Shown here: piece by piece, positions 36,946 through 50,495 of the stretch | How positions within the stretch are numbered: the stretch's first letter is position 1 | Layout: each line of letters opens with the position of its first letter | Source: Anthoceros angustus | Lineage: Eukaryota; Plantae; Anthocerotophyta | Length of the DNA stretch: 64,000 nt | Direction: 5' to 3' | Assembly: GCA_010909165.1 (NCBI GenBank) | Contig: VJWM01000203.1 | Coordinates: 281,471-345,470 of the forward strand | Notes under the pieces: generated by a model | Seen by the model: only the letters and a program-made list of their open reading frames with translations | Database searches by the model: none | What the model was told of the DNA's origin: nothing | Translations under genes and position numbers: made by a program

Positions 36946-39900
36946 AGCCCAGCCTGTACATATATAGAGTTTGGACTTCTCATTCCAGGCAGTTCACCGA
37001 TGCCTGCAGAATCGTGCATGGGTGAAGGAAGGGTTGAAGCAGTCTAATCGTATGGGTGAAGAAAGGGTAGAAGCAGTCTCTTCGTGTGGGTGAAGCAAGT
37101 GAGCCTTCCAGGAAAGGACGGATTCGGGCTACATGTTGCCTGAATTCCGTACACATTTCCTCACCATCACGACTGATGTCCAGTTTAGATAGATTCCTAT
37201 GCCATGCGAAGACGAAGAGCATCCGTACAGAGAGCACAGTTCCTATTCGATCCCAGACACAGGCTGAAGCGTGCCAGTTCCACTGCCTCCGGATCCAGGA
37301 AGCCCGACCCCTTGTCCACAAGCTCCCAAAGCTGATCCCCATGGACAACTGCCATCAATTGTGTAGCCTAAATATTTCTTGTCGGTTCATGAATTTTCGT
37401 TACAGCCGAGGGGCATTGAGCATCCACTCACTCTGAAGTGAGGTGGAGAACTTGTCAATGAAGGTAGTAAAGTGACAAACCTGCAAAACCTCGCAGTCCA
37501 ATCAACCTTCCAGCGCTTGGCAGGAAGTACAGTGCAGTCCTTTGCAGTTATTCAATTCGCATTCAAACATCCTGCAACATTGCAACACCGACAATGTTGC
37601 AGCAACGAGAAACCATTCATGAGAAAGAATGCAGTTATGCCCTTACCATGCAACCACCAGCATACGTGCAAGCCGGCTGTACTTCAGTCACGAATTCTTG
37701 CCAAACGTCTCATATCTAGGCAAAGATAGTCGCATGTGCTAGAAATCCTGAAAAAGAACGGGTAGTAGAGTGTTGGTTGCTGGATCAGCAACGTCCCAAT
37801 TTTGCTGGATTATGCAGCCCGTCGGAGAGATTGGCCATGGACATGGCTAGAGTCATCAGTCAAGTCTTCTACCGCTCAACTACAGTCCTCAACCTGGTTT
37901 CAGCTTCGAGCTTTGTAGGCTGCCGCACTTAGCACAATGGATGTAAAGCTTCGAGAGTCTGAGTTAGGGACCCCAGCAGCAAGCACCACTTTCGGATTTT
38001 GACTTGCCTGACCAGCAGAGTGGAGTTGGGTGTGAGGCGGCGGACTCAGATGACACCGAGCCTTCGTTGCACAAAACTCTGCACCCGAAGGGCGTGTGAA
38101 CTCCGAGACTCTGCACTCACAGCTCACAAGTCACTGAATGACGAAGAGGTATGATTCCCAGCTAGGGCAGAGCTGGGAGGATCTTCCAGTCTCATCAGCA
38201 TGCATGAATGGCCAGTAACGACATCGTGCCCTGCTCCCTGCATTGTGCCTGCTTGCAAGCTGCAGGGAATGGTGGATTCTGCATGAGATGGTGAGGCATG
38301 CCAGTGTGGATTAGGGTGTTGCAGGTGGTTGCAGCCAGGTTGTCAAGGTTCCGATTCGGATTAGCATATGCTACCTTGGTGTGCACGTCTTGTGAGCAAC
38401 TGCACCGCATCGGCTTGCTCCTCACCTGGCTGCAACAGGCGGGTTGAGGATGATGACGTCTACCACTGCGTAGATGCGAAGCGAAGATGATCCTTGAGTC
38501 CCAGCTTCTCCGAAGTGGAAACCAAGCTTCTTAGGGTAAAGTATGTACTTAAGTCATTAGGTTGAGGACACGGCATCACCTAGCACCTAATTTGCTGCCT
38601 TGAGTCGAGGACGACGTCTCCTTTTCCTGACTTGGTCCATCCCTTTGCCTGCAGGGATTCCAGGAACAGAACAGAGAATGGATGGAAGTCCGGTGCGAAG
38701 CCAGTCTTATCCCGTTCAGGGCGTGGACGTTTCCACGCGTTCGCCACAGAGACCACCTTTACATCGCTGAGCAGCACAGTGTAGCATGGCGGACGAGGCC
38801 AAGGACTGGCGCGCGCTGCCGGCTCGGCGGCGGCGGCTGCTGGACTGCCTGGCCCGGAATGATTTGGCCACCCACCCCGTCTTGAAGAGGATGAACGGTT
38901 TTGTGCGTGTTGCTGTCTTCCTACACACAAGGCTGCCACATTTTCACATGCCTGCAAGAGGCACACAAATGTCACGGAATTGGGTACAACCATGCCTTCC
39001 TGACATCCTTCTGTTCGAGAACCTCGAGACAAGAACCTGAGACAATCGCTGACAGAACGCAGGGTCGAACCTCCCCGCCCTCTTGCTGACGACTTGGCCT
39101 CCCTCAACGTCTGAGCCATTGGCTTCCCACTTGTGACAAGGTCACCTCGACAAGCATTAATGATAAACCACCTTTGGCTTGTTTGCAGATTACTGTATTC
39201 AGTGATGCCTCCGTCAGTGAATGCAGTTACGTATCTGCGAACAAGCCAAAGGTGTTTGTCAGAAATGTTTTCGGATCACTACAGTACCGTGCAGCAGCTC
39301 GAACCCTGCCATCTCATGACACGTACAGCTGCTGATCCTAATTCTGCAGTCAGAGGAAGCTCACGACATCACTAGAACATTCACAAACCAAAAATCTATC
39401 CTACCCAGCCAGAAGTGGATACATCAGGGATCAGTTTCAGGGCTGGACCCTGTAAACTGGAGTAGACAGGGTCCCGCCAGGTCACGACAGTTTCCTGGGC
39501 ACCTGCAGGACTCCTGAAGGAAACAGACTTAGGCAGAGAGATCGTCCTTCCTTGAACACAAATCCGGCCGTGCACCTGCCACCATCCTAGCATCCGCCTC
39601 AGTCAGTACATTAAGGAATGCGATACCGTCTGGTTGCAAGCCATCCTGTTTCATTCTCTGGACCAACTCAAAGTCCACTTTACTGTCTCCTTCCTGGCGG
39701 GTGTAGCCTGCAATAAGTGCATCCAGATGACGGATGTCTCTTCAGGCAATGTCTCTTGCTAGCCGAGTGAGCCAGTGGACATTGAAGAGGTGATTTGCAA
39801 TCGGTTTCTCACCTTGGACGCACTGCTTTCACAAGTCCGTGCTCCATGTGTATTGGTTACCCTTTGGACAAGTCTAAAGCAAACTTGAGTGAACTGCCAG

Positions 39901-41026
39901 AGATTGTGGAGAACCATGATCTCTCCTGACAGCAGGATTTTCTAAAGCCTGGGAAAGAAGGCCTCCAGAGTCCAGCTGCAAAATCCCAATTGCAGGAGCA
40001 GGAGGTCCACCATGAGTATAACCTCCAGCTTGCTAGCACTCCAATTTCAAAACCTGTGAACTTGCAAGTATGTCGTTTCTCTGCACATTTGACAAATTAT
40101 CAATTCAAACGATCTACGAGGCCTGAAGCACGAAACATGTCACCGGAACCGGAACTATCTATAACTGCAATAGCTCCATATCCCACAACTGGCTGAGAAA
40201 CGCAATCGAGAACACGCCGTGTGACGAGCTCATAGGTTTGCTGCAAACAGTGCTACATAATATGTCTCTAGCATACCATCTCCTTTACCAGTGCTGGCCA
40301 CAAACACGTTGCTTGCTCTAGTCTGCACATGAAGTTGCATCCCCTTCTCCAGATTTATGGTGTCCTCCTTTGCAGGAGGCGCGAACATCCATGCCTAACC
40401 TTTATCGCACCATAGAGACAAAGGGTTCGTGAGCCCATGCCCCTGCTGGGCATATCCTGCTATCCTGGCAGTACATGTGACACCTGTATTTTCACCAAGT
40501 GCGTTCCGGACACACGATGGCATCAGTAACTTGCAAACCTTGGCAAGGCAAGTCTTACCATGAGTAGTGAACAATTGCTGCCTGGACCGACTACCTGAAG
40601 GAGTAAGGACCTGCACCAGAAAGTTTCGCCATTTCCAAGTCTTGGCAGCTTGTCCCAGCTCGGGTTGGCTGTTCTTCCCAAGACGTTGGTACCCTAAAAT
40701 CTACAGATGCACAGATCAAATTTGTGTTAGTCATTACTCCAAGGTGCAGGGCACGATGTCATTCCTGGCCACTGATGCATGCTCACTCTGGAGGATCCCT
40801 CCTTCACCAACCAGGGCCCTCCACAGTTCTGGAAGAGTCAGAGGCTTGAACAACCAAAAGGGACGAATTCGACAAAGGTGGGATTTCGCAAAGAGTGATG
40901 TAAGATACAGCAGGATTAGGCTCTACAGTCTAATGCCTGTCTACCTACCATTATCCAATCACATGATGCAGATGGCTCCTAGAGTCATCCTGCAAATGCC
41001 AAAGTTAGGCTGCAACACACGACGTT

Positions 41027-44000
41027 CTAGTTGCTCCCGTCAGAGCGGCTGATAGACTTGTCTGTAATTCCCCTCCGCATACACCGTTCGCAAACCCATG
41101 CCACTCCTCGTCCTCCATCCTGCCTTTTCCGATATTGCACCTTGTGCAGTTGGAATTTGTCGCCATTTGATCCCTCAGCAACGGCTTGCAACAGATTCTT
41201 CAGAGCAATCCATGCCTCTTGCACGGAGTGTTCTGGCTCGCAGCTGGTCCTGTCAGGTCCAGATTTAAATGGGACAGGGCTGATTCCCAAAGGCCGCAGC
41301 CACAGAAACCGCTCCATCCAAGCTGGTGAAGGGTCGGGAACCGCACCCCAATGCCGGCAGCCACGTGTAGGCCAGCCTTGGCCAGGAAGAGCAAAGCTTT
41401 GCACCGTTGATTGCTAGGGCCTGATCCACTTCCACTTCGCATCCTCCAATGTCAAGTCAAATCCAGTTTGGCCCTCACGATGTGATTCCCAAAGATGTTT
41501 TCGCACATGAAGTGCAGCTTAGCCGCTTTGCCCACACGCACCCCTGCAATCAATCTCTGTGCCAGACCCACGTCTGCAGTGGTGATGTAGGGACGTCTGG
41601 GTATCTGACTGCTTTCTAATTCTGCAGAGAAATTCATAATCTCATCCATCTTAGAAAGCAAAATTGTTGAGTATCTTCCTGCCAGTCTTCATATCGCTTA
41701 TCTCACGTTGCAAAGTCTCGCCAACTCTATCCACTTTGACTCCCACTGCTTTCACCTCTGTCTCCACCATTTTCTGTATCCACCATTTTCACGTCGTGCT
41801 TCAAATCTCTCATCCCATGATTGATGGTTTGCAACAGTTGCTCCCCATCTCCGAGTGACTAGTTCCAGGGAGGGATATAGTACGTCGGACGTAGGCAAAC
41901 CGAGACGTTTGAACTGGTGCGTCTTGTTGTGCGAGCACCCTTCTCTGTAGGCAGGACTTCCTCTACAGCTGCATCTATGTTGGATATGGTTTGAAGGAGA
42001 CCTGTTCGTCGCCTTTGCAAGACATCCAAGACTTCACCAGTACTTAAGAGCTCATCAGCTCCCTCAAAGGCACTCTCAAAGAGGCTTCAGGACATTCTGG
42101 CCACCACCATTTGAAGTCGGCCAGATCCATTGAGGAGAAAATCTCCCTGTACACTCTTGTTGGTCTGCAAAACACGCTTGAGCAAATCCTGCGTTAGCAC
42201 TGACTGATTATGCCGGTAGATACAGAGTGTGAGGTTTTCGACACACTCGGTCCTGATAATTCCTTCCACAAGCTCGACTCCCGGACTGCCTTCAGGGAAG
42301 CACAAAAGATTTCAACTTTGCAATCACATGTTCCTTGAGAAACTCGATAGTTTCATCTTTGCTCTTGGATGACCTCACCAGAATATCGATATGGTCACCG
42401 ATGTCTCCGGTGTCCTCTCCGATATCCCCACTGCTTTCCAAAAACACATCCATACCATCACACCAAAACTTGATGAGGTTGCGTTCAATACGATATTGAT
42501 GAGGTTGCCATGGAATCCGGTTAACAAATCCTTTCGAAGGCAGACCTGCAATACGCAAACCTCCACAATGTCAGTAAACAGGTTGAAGACACACACCATC
42601 AACACAAAAGACATGTTGGTAGTTATCGTACTTGGAATCTAGGAAAAAGCCTGGACCAAGAAACGTCTTCGTCTTGTCAAGGCACTGTAACCTCCTTCCG
42701 AGGTAGATGTAATTGCTTGCTGTATCAGCAGTTTCCCAGTTCAACTGTCGTCTCCCAGGAGCGTCACCATTACCGGCGGCCATGGTGAAGGGAACAAAGA
42801 ATCCGACACGTCGAGTCCCATCCTCTTCATAGCATAAGTTGAGAGTGGTCATCAACGATACCAGATGTTGCCTTTCAATCCCCTCCGCTTGTGTGCCTCT
42901 GAGAATCTCATCCAAGGTGGAATGAAGCAGACTTTGAGCAACAAATCCATCTGAGGAATGCGACAAACCTCTAGCTCTGGTTAGAAGGTGAATGAGTCGC
43001 CCTAAAAATTGTGACTCATCCAGTGTGGATTTATCACCACAACATCTGTATCTTGAAAACAGATGATACTACCCACATCATGCAAATAGGCAAGAATGGC
43101 TCCCAATCGTTCCCCTCATCTTGAACCCCACCTTCGTGGAGACTCTTCAGCTCGTTTTGGAACAAAGTTTGAAGTTGCTGTTTCCTCACCATCGGTTGAG
43201 CTGGATGTTGGGATACCCAGGCAGTCAAATCAGCACTCAATCGGTTGCATACCGGGTACCCAAAACAGTTTAGTTGCAAATAGAGCTCGAAACGATTCCA
43301 TGAGTGCGTCCAGCAAGGGCTTCACACTCTTGGCAGATCGAGCGTCCATGGAGAAGAGTGTTTTGTTTCCACGTGAACAACCTGTTCAAACTCGGTGGCC
43401 AACTCTGTCAGAACGGGTTGAAGGAGATTGGTAATGCTTCAGCATCAGAACGCTTCATCTTATCCACATGAGTTGCCACCACAAATATTTGAGGCAAAGT
43501 AGAGCCCACGTTGCGACAATTGGAGTTGATGAACCTAAGCCAGTACGCCAAGCTCCTTCTGAACCTGTCCTGCAGGACATTAGACGATGCAGTTGGGGAG
43601 GTTTGATCCAGTTGGGGAGGTTTCCGATCATCAAATGGGCTGAACGCAAACAGGAAGATACATGCTTGGTTGAAGGTCGGAAAAAGGTAGTCTTGCAGAG
43701 CTCGATAGTGAGCTTGTCCAGCCAGATCCCACATGGTAACTTGCATATCATGGTCGTTGCGCAACACCTCGATTTCTATGCCTTCCGTTCTGGTACCGGT
43801 GACGGAAGCCATCCGTCGCCAAGCACGAAATATTTTTCCCTTCAGTCGAGCTAGAACTTGGCTGAGCTGGAACTCGGGGTGATGCGGCTGTCTGTCGTCT
43901 CCATGCCCGAATCATGGTGGTGCGGAGAGTGGTCTTCCCTGCCAAAGGGCACCGCACAGGAAGAGGCGCCCAGCCTTGGGCATCACAGGCCCTTGCCTGC

Positions 44001-45286
44001 CCACGAGCAAAGGCCAGTAAGCCTCTTGAGTGGCATTGCCTGCCAAGGCTGCATTGATGATTGCGTCCTTTCCTTCCGCTTCCCATGTTGTCCTGTGGAT
44101 GTTGATCTCCGTAACGTCTTGTTGACTTGAATACAGTTCATCAAGTCTCTAAACATGTCATGATCCAGGGCGTCCCAGAAAGAAATGTCGAGCTTTTCAG
44201 AGATGCGTTGCCCTCCAAGGATCTCAGCAACTCTTTCTTGAACGAGGCGTGGCCCTTGAGCAATGCCAAGTCCAGGACACGCAGTGCTTTGCATTCCGGG
44301 AGCAACTGGACAAGGCGCATCCACATCCGTCGCAGCTGATGGCGTACTGAGTCCCGGAGACGAAGTTCAGATATGGTGGAGTTGTGGCGTAACCCGTCCA
44401 GGCCGTGGATGAGAGCATATGGAGTGGTGACAAGCATCTCGATACGATCGTTGGTGCGCAGCATTCCGGCCAGGGCGTCTGCCAGGCCTGCCTCCCCATC
44501 CTTCGAGATATCCAAAGCATTGTGACGCCAGAGATGGAGGCATTCTCATCCTCATCCGCGCGGGTGAAAGCAAGTTTGAGCACAGTGCCCATGGGCCCGA
44601 GGCCGCCGGGAATGGGACCTGCAATGATCCAACGCCAGATACCGGAGCGTGGCACAGAGCGGAAGAGCATTTGCAATACACTGGGCTCCCGCCACATCCA
44701 TGCCGATGTCTTCAGTGACAGCTCGAGACGGGGAGCCGTGGCCAGAATGCGGGCCAGGTGCTGTGCCCTTCAGCACCTCCCACCTCGTTCCCTAAGATCA
44801 ACTCCTCCAGGACAGAATCCTTGTTGAAGCCTTTGGCCAGGGCACCCAGTCCGCGGCATCAAGCCCAACAAACGGTGCTGAAAGTTCGTAAGCTGCGACT
44901 GGATGCAACAAGCTGGCCCAGAGCCTCGCAAGCCGCCTGCCTTCCAAAACCTTCACAGCCAAACAGTTGCAGTATTCCAGGGAAGGGTTGGACGCCAGGC
45001 CCCCAACAGAACCGACACTTCATCCTCCCGATCCAAGCCGATGGCCCACCTGGACCCAGATTCTCGAGAGACTGCGGCAGTTGGCAATGGCTGTCAACAC
45101 CCGCTTGCGCACTCGCCAGTGCCTTCACTCGTCCCTCATCACTCGATCAGTGAAGTAGCCGCCATACTCTTCATCATTATGCAGATCGGGTAGTTCGGAC
45201 ACGGCATTCCGGCCCAGATCTAGCAGCAGCTGCTGCAGCTTAACCGGCAGCGCGCGCCAATCCTCCGCCTCATGCTCTTCCGCCAT
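41027..45286 (-). CDS. TORNADO1-like LRR-ROC-COR (ROCO) protein, ~1,400 aa, no obvious introns, frameshifted in this sequence
   Basis: N-terminal MAEEHEAEDWRALP plus LRRs; ROC motifs AGKTTL, RTEGIEI, MWDLAGQ, VATHVD; COR-like region (LNLCYE, FFVP, YLGRRLQC); C-terminal KLHFMCE...H and LHKVQY...VAWVCERC typical of TRN1. Confidence 0.85.
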
Positions 45287-45454
45287 GCTCTGCTATGCGA
45301 AGTGCTAGAATGGAATGAGGGCCAGGCAGGTGCGGTGCTCCTCCAGGCCACACCACATCCCGCGGCCTTTCAGCCCTGGCAGGCAGGCCCCACGCAGCGA
45401 AACTTCCCACATGAACGGCGAAACAGCCCAAACGTAAACATGCTAAGATAAGTA

Positions 45455-45536
45455 AATGGGAATGGGAATTTGTCCGGGTCAGTCCAGATCGGGACACCGG
45501 AACGGAACGGGAAACGGCTCCCGTGCCCGGTCCCTG
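45455..45536 (-). mobile_element. Possible hAT-type terminal remnant
   Basis: Reads CAGGGACCGGGCACGGG... on minus, with ACGG/AAACGG-rich subterminal repeats; partner end and TSD not found. Confidence 0.3.
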
Positions 45537-45914
45537 TGATGAATGATGGGCTGGGTTGGGTGTCCATGGAAACTGGATCCAGCCTAGAAACCCTTTACTT
45601 GTAATTTTCGATAACATGATCTTTCATGACGCTAAGCTCATCAGGGTCTGCCAGCCTGTGAGGAACAACACGCTCACCAAAGTCAGCGTGGAAGGAAGTG
45701 CAATGATATTGCGTACTGTTTTCTCTGAAATAGCTTCAGGATCCTTTCCCGTGGATTCCAGTGGTCATGCATAGGGTTGGTTATGATACTACTGGTTATG
45801 GCCGTCATCTGGAGAGAGCATACGGACGTCCTTGCCATCATTGGGTCATAGCTGTACCCGAGAGTGTATGAGTTTATTGGCTCCTGTCTGATGGCCATAA
45901 GTCGGAAGTGTGAC

Positions 45915-46205
45915 AGTCTGAACGATGCTCGGTATTTAACAGGCAGACTGCCTGCAACCAGCTGGAGCAGCGCAGCGCGCGTGGTGGTGACGACAACCGA
46001 GCCTACCCCAGCCACGTCGGGGGCAGACGCGGAGCCTGTGGAGTCCAGACGAGCGCACCATCGTGGTGATCCAGGACATCCTCAACTGCAACGTGGGACC
46101 TGCTGTGAACTCCCTGCTGCCTCGCCAGTTCTTCGTGGAGCTGCAATCCCACTACGGCAACCAGTTCTTCGTGGCGCAGGAAGGCGAGTCCGCGGCTCTG
46201 CTCTG
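45915..46205 (+). pseudogene. TPM-domain (thylakoid lumen 15 kDa / cyanobacterial sll1071-like) gene fragment
   Basis: LNDARYL..QLEQRS..VVVT..LWSPDERTIVVIQDILNCNVGPAVNSLLPRQFFVELQSHYGNQFFVAQEGE. Confidence 0.6.
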
Positions 46206-46668
46206 TCCGGTGAGCAAGAGACCCACAGAAGCCGTGATCGCATTATTAAGGCATCAAGGATCGGGAAGGTACCTTCTCCACGTATGACCGAACTATATTG
46301 CTGTCAGGCTGTCCCTCTGCAGGTGACACAGAAAAAGTAATTAGCTCCAATTTAGCCCTGGCTCATCCGAAATTAGCCTCTACAGGCACGGTCATAGGCA
46401 TAAGGAGCACTTACCAACAACAACTTTTGAAGATCAATGAGAGTCAAGTTCAGCACTGCATCACATCATAGAGTAGCAACCTGTTATGCCTCATCCTGAC
46501 AAACTTCAAACCTTGCAGAGATCGTCTTCACTACTAGCACGTGCATATGATCATAAGGGTGAAAGATACTGTCGACTTGTTTCACAATTTGATTTCATCG
46601 TTCATTTGACCGTAGGGCCACAAGTAAATCCTTCAAATTTGAGATGTAAATCTTCTGGGTAGACATAC

Positions 46669-47096
46669 CATGAGGAGAATATATGCTCAGTTGACACGGA
46701 ACGGGAGAGATCTGCTTGCTGCGCCTAGTGACTCTGTCGGTCTCATCAGATATCTCTTTCCTAAAAGCAGCTGCAACCACATACTCACTCGTCAGCTCGA
46801 AACTTGCAAAAGTCTATAATCATGGAAAGACCTAAACAGAATATGCAAGTTTCTCGATATTCACCGTCCACACTTGCAAAAAGAGTGAAAGAACCCTAAA
46901 CCTAAGAAGAAAGACTGAAACATGCGTCCCCTCACAAAGCACAACAAGCAAGATCCTGAGGACCTCCACATCAAAAGCAAGTACACAACATTACCATAAT
47001 CCGTAAACCTTCTCTTCGCCATGGACAAATTCGCCATGTTCGGAACCATCGTCCATCTTGTGCAGCTGTAAAACTAGGGACGCCTCGTTACAATCC
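46669..47096 (-). pseudogene. DRP1: Dynamin-related protein (DRP1-type) two-exon fragment (exons 46,995-47,096 and 46,669-46,770)
   Basis: GIVTRR(P)LVLQLHKMDDGSEHGEFVH..KRRFTDY | AAFRKEISDETDRVTRRSKQISPVPCQLSIYSPH, with intact AG/GT borders. Confidence 0.85.
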
Positions 47097-49336
47097 CTAC
47101 AAATCACCGTCGCACTGATCATGTTGGAAGCCATTTGCAATACATCTGCTTTACCCGGCCCACTTCTTGTAATCCTAAACCGAGGTGAATTGAAGATCTA
47201 TCACCATCCTAATGCTGAATCCAGCTGGGGCTTCGAGAAAACGACAGCATGAAAAGATGCATTTTAGATCCAATCTGCATCTAATTCGATCTGTCCACGT
47301 CCGTGATCCAGTGTAAGAGAAGATGCACACCTGAGCCTCAAGGCGAGAAATCCTTCCACGATGCTCCAGCACAGACGACTTTCTAGAACTCTGTTGCGAG
47401 ATTAAACAGTCAGAGGAACCAGAATTCTAGACGCGCACCAGCTGGAAAGAGCTCCTCCCGGAGACCCACATGGAAAGCGTTGCCTACTTCCAGAATTGCA
47501 ACTAAGTAGTAGAGGAAAGCCAGTCCGGTCGTCCAACTTGTGGTAAAATAAACCAAAATTTGTGACTGGCGTCCGCTAAGGGCTCCCAGTGGAAAGGGTC
47601 CTGCTCTGGATAAGATCTCTTCCTCCGCACGTTCGGCTTGTCGAAGACGGATTGCCTACTGGACACGGTAGGACGCCTTAGGAATTCCTCTTGTATCTTT
47701 TCATTTCCACATGATGCCATTGCATAGCTCCGGTCATGGACTCAAGTTACAATGGACTTGGAGTTCCAATGAACCCATGTCTGGCTGTAACTCCTTCGAG
47801 GACTTGCCAACTCCACGCTCACTGCTCACTACACAAACCAAAACAGACAGCAAGTCTATTTCCAACCCAGTCTGACCGTGATCTGGTGTCACCGTAATCT
47901 GGTGTCTTAAGAGCCCTGAAACTGAGCCCCATGTATCCTCCCTGACGTATACTCTTCTGCCTGGACAGGATAGATTTGTGGTTGGTGAAAGTTATCAGCC
48001 GTACTTGTCAAGAGATGCAGGTTCGAGCTGCCGCACCGGTATTGGATGGAGATAGCGATCTCGAAAGCAATAATGACTAACACCTTTGGCTTGTTTGCCA
48101 GAGATGTAACTTGATAGTAGATCCAGCAAGCTCATCCAGGTCTTGCCACTCATCCTGTGTCATATCTGGTTTGACGCCAACAGCTTTATGGTTAATGCTT
48201 GTCGAGGCACCGACAACCGTCGTCGTCGAAGAGAAGCCATTTGTGACATGAAGGCAGGAGCTGCAGATGCGATTTGAGTGAAGGACATCCTGTCCCAGCT
48301 TTGCCTGGTCGGAAGATGAAAATACATCCTGGCGGTCTACAAAGGATGTAAAATCAGTGAACCAGAAGACCGCCAATCTGGACTTGCTTCTTGAAACCAA
48401 CCGCTGCAGCTGTACAAACACGCACGTTCTGCCCTCCCTACCCATAGCCTTTATGAGCCATCATCTGTTCATCCAAACAAGGACGCTATGAGACGTCTCG
48501 CCAAACAGGAATGCGTAGAAAAGGAGAAGTGAGAAGACCCTATCATAAGCAGTTTGATGCACCAACAGTGTGTCGCTGAAGACGATATCTGACACTTGAT
48601 TGAAGGCATTACAGGTTGGTTAATTATGGTAGACCCTGGCCGCACCCTACTTACGCTGGCCAGGCATGTGAGGAGCATGGAATGGTTAAGACCAGTGTAG
48701 CATTCTAGTTAGTGTGCTGCGCAACTCGGGACACAGGAATTTCTTCTCGTATCCTGCTCCGGTTTTGTGCACGACCTCCATGTCCGTGATCTTGCCAATC
48801 ACGCTTGCTAGAATGCTCAGCACATCTTCCGTTTGAGAGCCCTCAATGATGGCTTCCATCAAAGCTATGATAAAGTTTGTGCCTTTCTCGACATCCCTGA
48901 AAGATTCGTCTCCACAACTGCTTCTGCTGTGAGATCCTTAGGATCGTTCACCACAACATCAGTTTTAAACTTTGAAGGTCTGGAGAAGAGCTTCACGTCG
49001 CCCTCTACCGCTCCTCCAGGTCTGTCTTCTTCCATGCTTACAGTCATTGCGCAACCGCTCCGATTGCCTGCTTCCACGCTTTCGTTACCATATAGTAGCT
49101 TCTGCACTGAGGCGATTGCTGCGAGTAACGTTTTCTTCCAATAAAGGGTCACTTGTTACACGGAGGGATAGACGTGTCCGCCACTCTTGCAAAACATCCT
49201 GAAGAGGTCCCTGGCTTCCTCAAAGGCACTGGGTAGATGGGCTTCAGGCCTCGCTGGCCAGAACCATTGATAATCAGGAACATCCAAGCCGGAGGAAATC
49301 TGCCTGGAAAGCTTTTCTGATTTTCAAGAAGGCACT

Positions 49337-50495
49337 TCATCAAACTGTTAGAACTGATTGATACTGGGTGTGAGGTTCTCTACACACTCAATCCTGATGA
49401 TCCCTTCCATAAGTTCAACTCCAAGTCCTGCCTACAGAGAAAGGGGTGCTCGCACAACAAGACGCACCAGTTCAAACGTCTCGGTTTGTCAGCATCCGAC
49501 GTACTATATCCCTCCTGGAACAACTACTCGGAGATGGGGAGCAACTGTTGCAAACCATCAATCAAGGGATAAAATTTTTGAAGCAAGAGGTGAAAGCAGT
49601 GGAGTCAAAGTGGATAGAATTGGCGAGACTTTGCAACTTATCCAACGAGAGATTAGCGCTATCAAGGCTGGGCAGGAAGCTACTCAACAATTCTTGCTTT
49701 CTAAGATGGATGAGATTATGTATTTCTCTGCAGAATTAGAAAGCAGTGAGATACCAGACGTCCCTACATCACCACTGCAGACGTGGATCTAGCACAGAGG
49801 TTGATTGCAGGGGTGCGTGAGGGCAAAGCGGCTAAGCTCCATTTCATGTGCGAAAACATCTTTGGGAATCCCATCGTGCAGGGCCAAACTGGATTCGACT
49901 TGACATTGGAAGATGCGAAGTGGAAGTGGATCAGGCCCATAGCAATCATAGGTATCAAGGTTTTGGTTTTCCTAGTGAAAGCTGGCCTACATGTGGCTGC
50001 CGGCATTGGGAATGCGGTTCCTGACCCTTCCACCAGCTTGGATGGACCGGTTTCTGTGGCTGCGGCCTTTGGGAATCAGCCCTGTCCCATTAAATCTGGA
50101 CCTGACAGGACCAGCTGCGAGCCAGAACACTCCCGTGCAAGAGGCATGGATTGCTCTGAAGAATCTTTTGCAGCCGTTGCTGAGGGATCAAATGGCCGAC
50201 AGATTCCAACTGCATAAGGTGCAATTTCTGACGGAGCAACTAAAACGTCGTGTGTTGCAGCCTAACTTCGGCATTTGCAGGATTTGGAGAGGACACAGGG
50301 GACGTCGATGATCGTGTTGATGTTTTGATGAGGTCTGGTATGGGTAATCGAGTAAGACCAAACAATCGATTTTCTCCTGAGAGCGTTGCAGAACTGAGAG
50401 CGTTTTGTGCTTCTCCTGACGGTGGTGCGACTGCCGTCAGGGGAAGCACAAAAGATTTCAACTTTGCAATCACATGTTCCTTGAGAAACTCCTCC
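49337..50495. pseudogene. Scrambled TRN1-like fragments in alternating orientation
   Basis: 49,337-49,422 (-) resembles 42,200-42,280; 49,423-50,226 (+) is an inverted copy of 41,135-41,960; 50,280-50,422 (+) and 50,434-50,490 (-) both match 42,290-42,430. Confidence 0.85.

Larger units (their letters stand above)
24719..38949. repeat. ~7.2 kb tandem segmental duplication (copy 1 ~24,719-31,785; copy 2 ~31,962-38,949)
   Basis: Collinear, near-identical sequence and paired ORFs throughout, e.g. 25818/33006, 26796/34010, 29158/36257 and 31481/38682. Confidence 0.95.
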
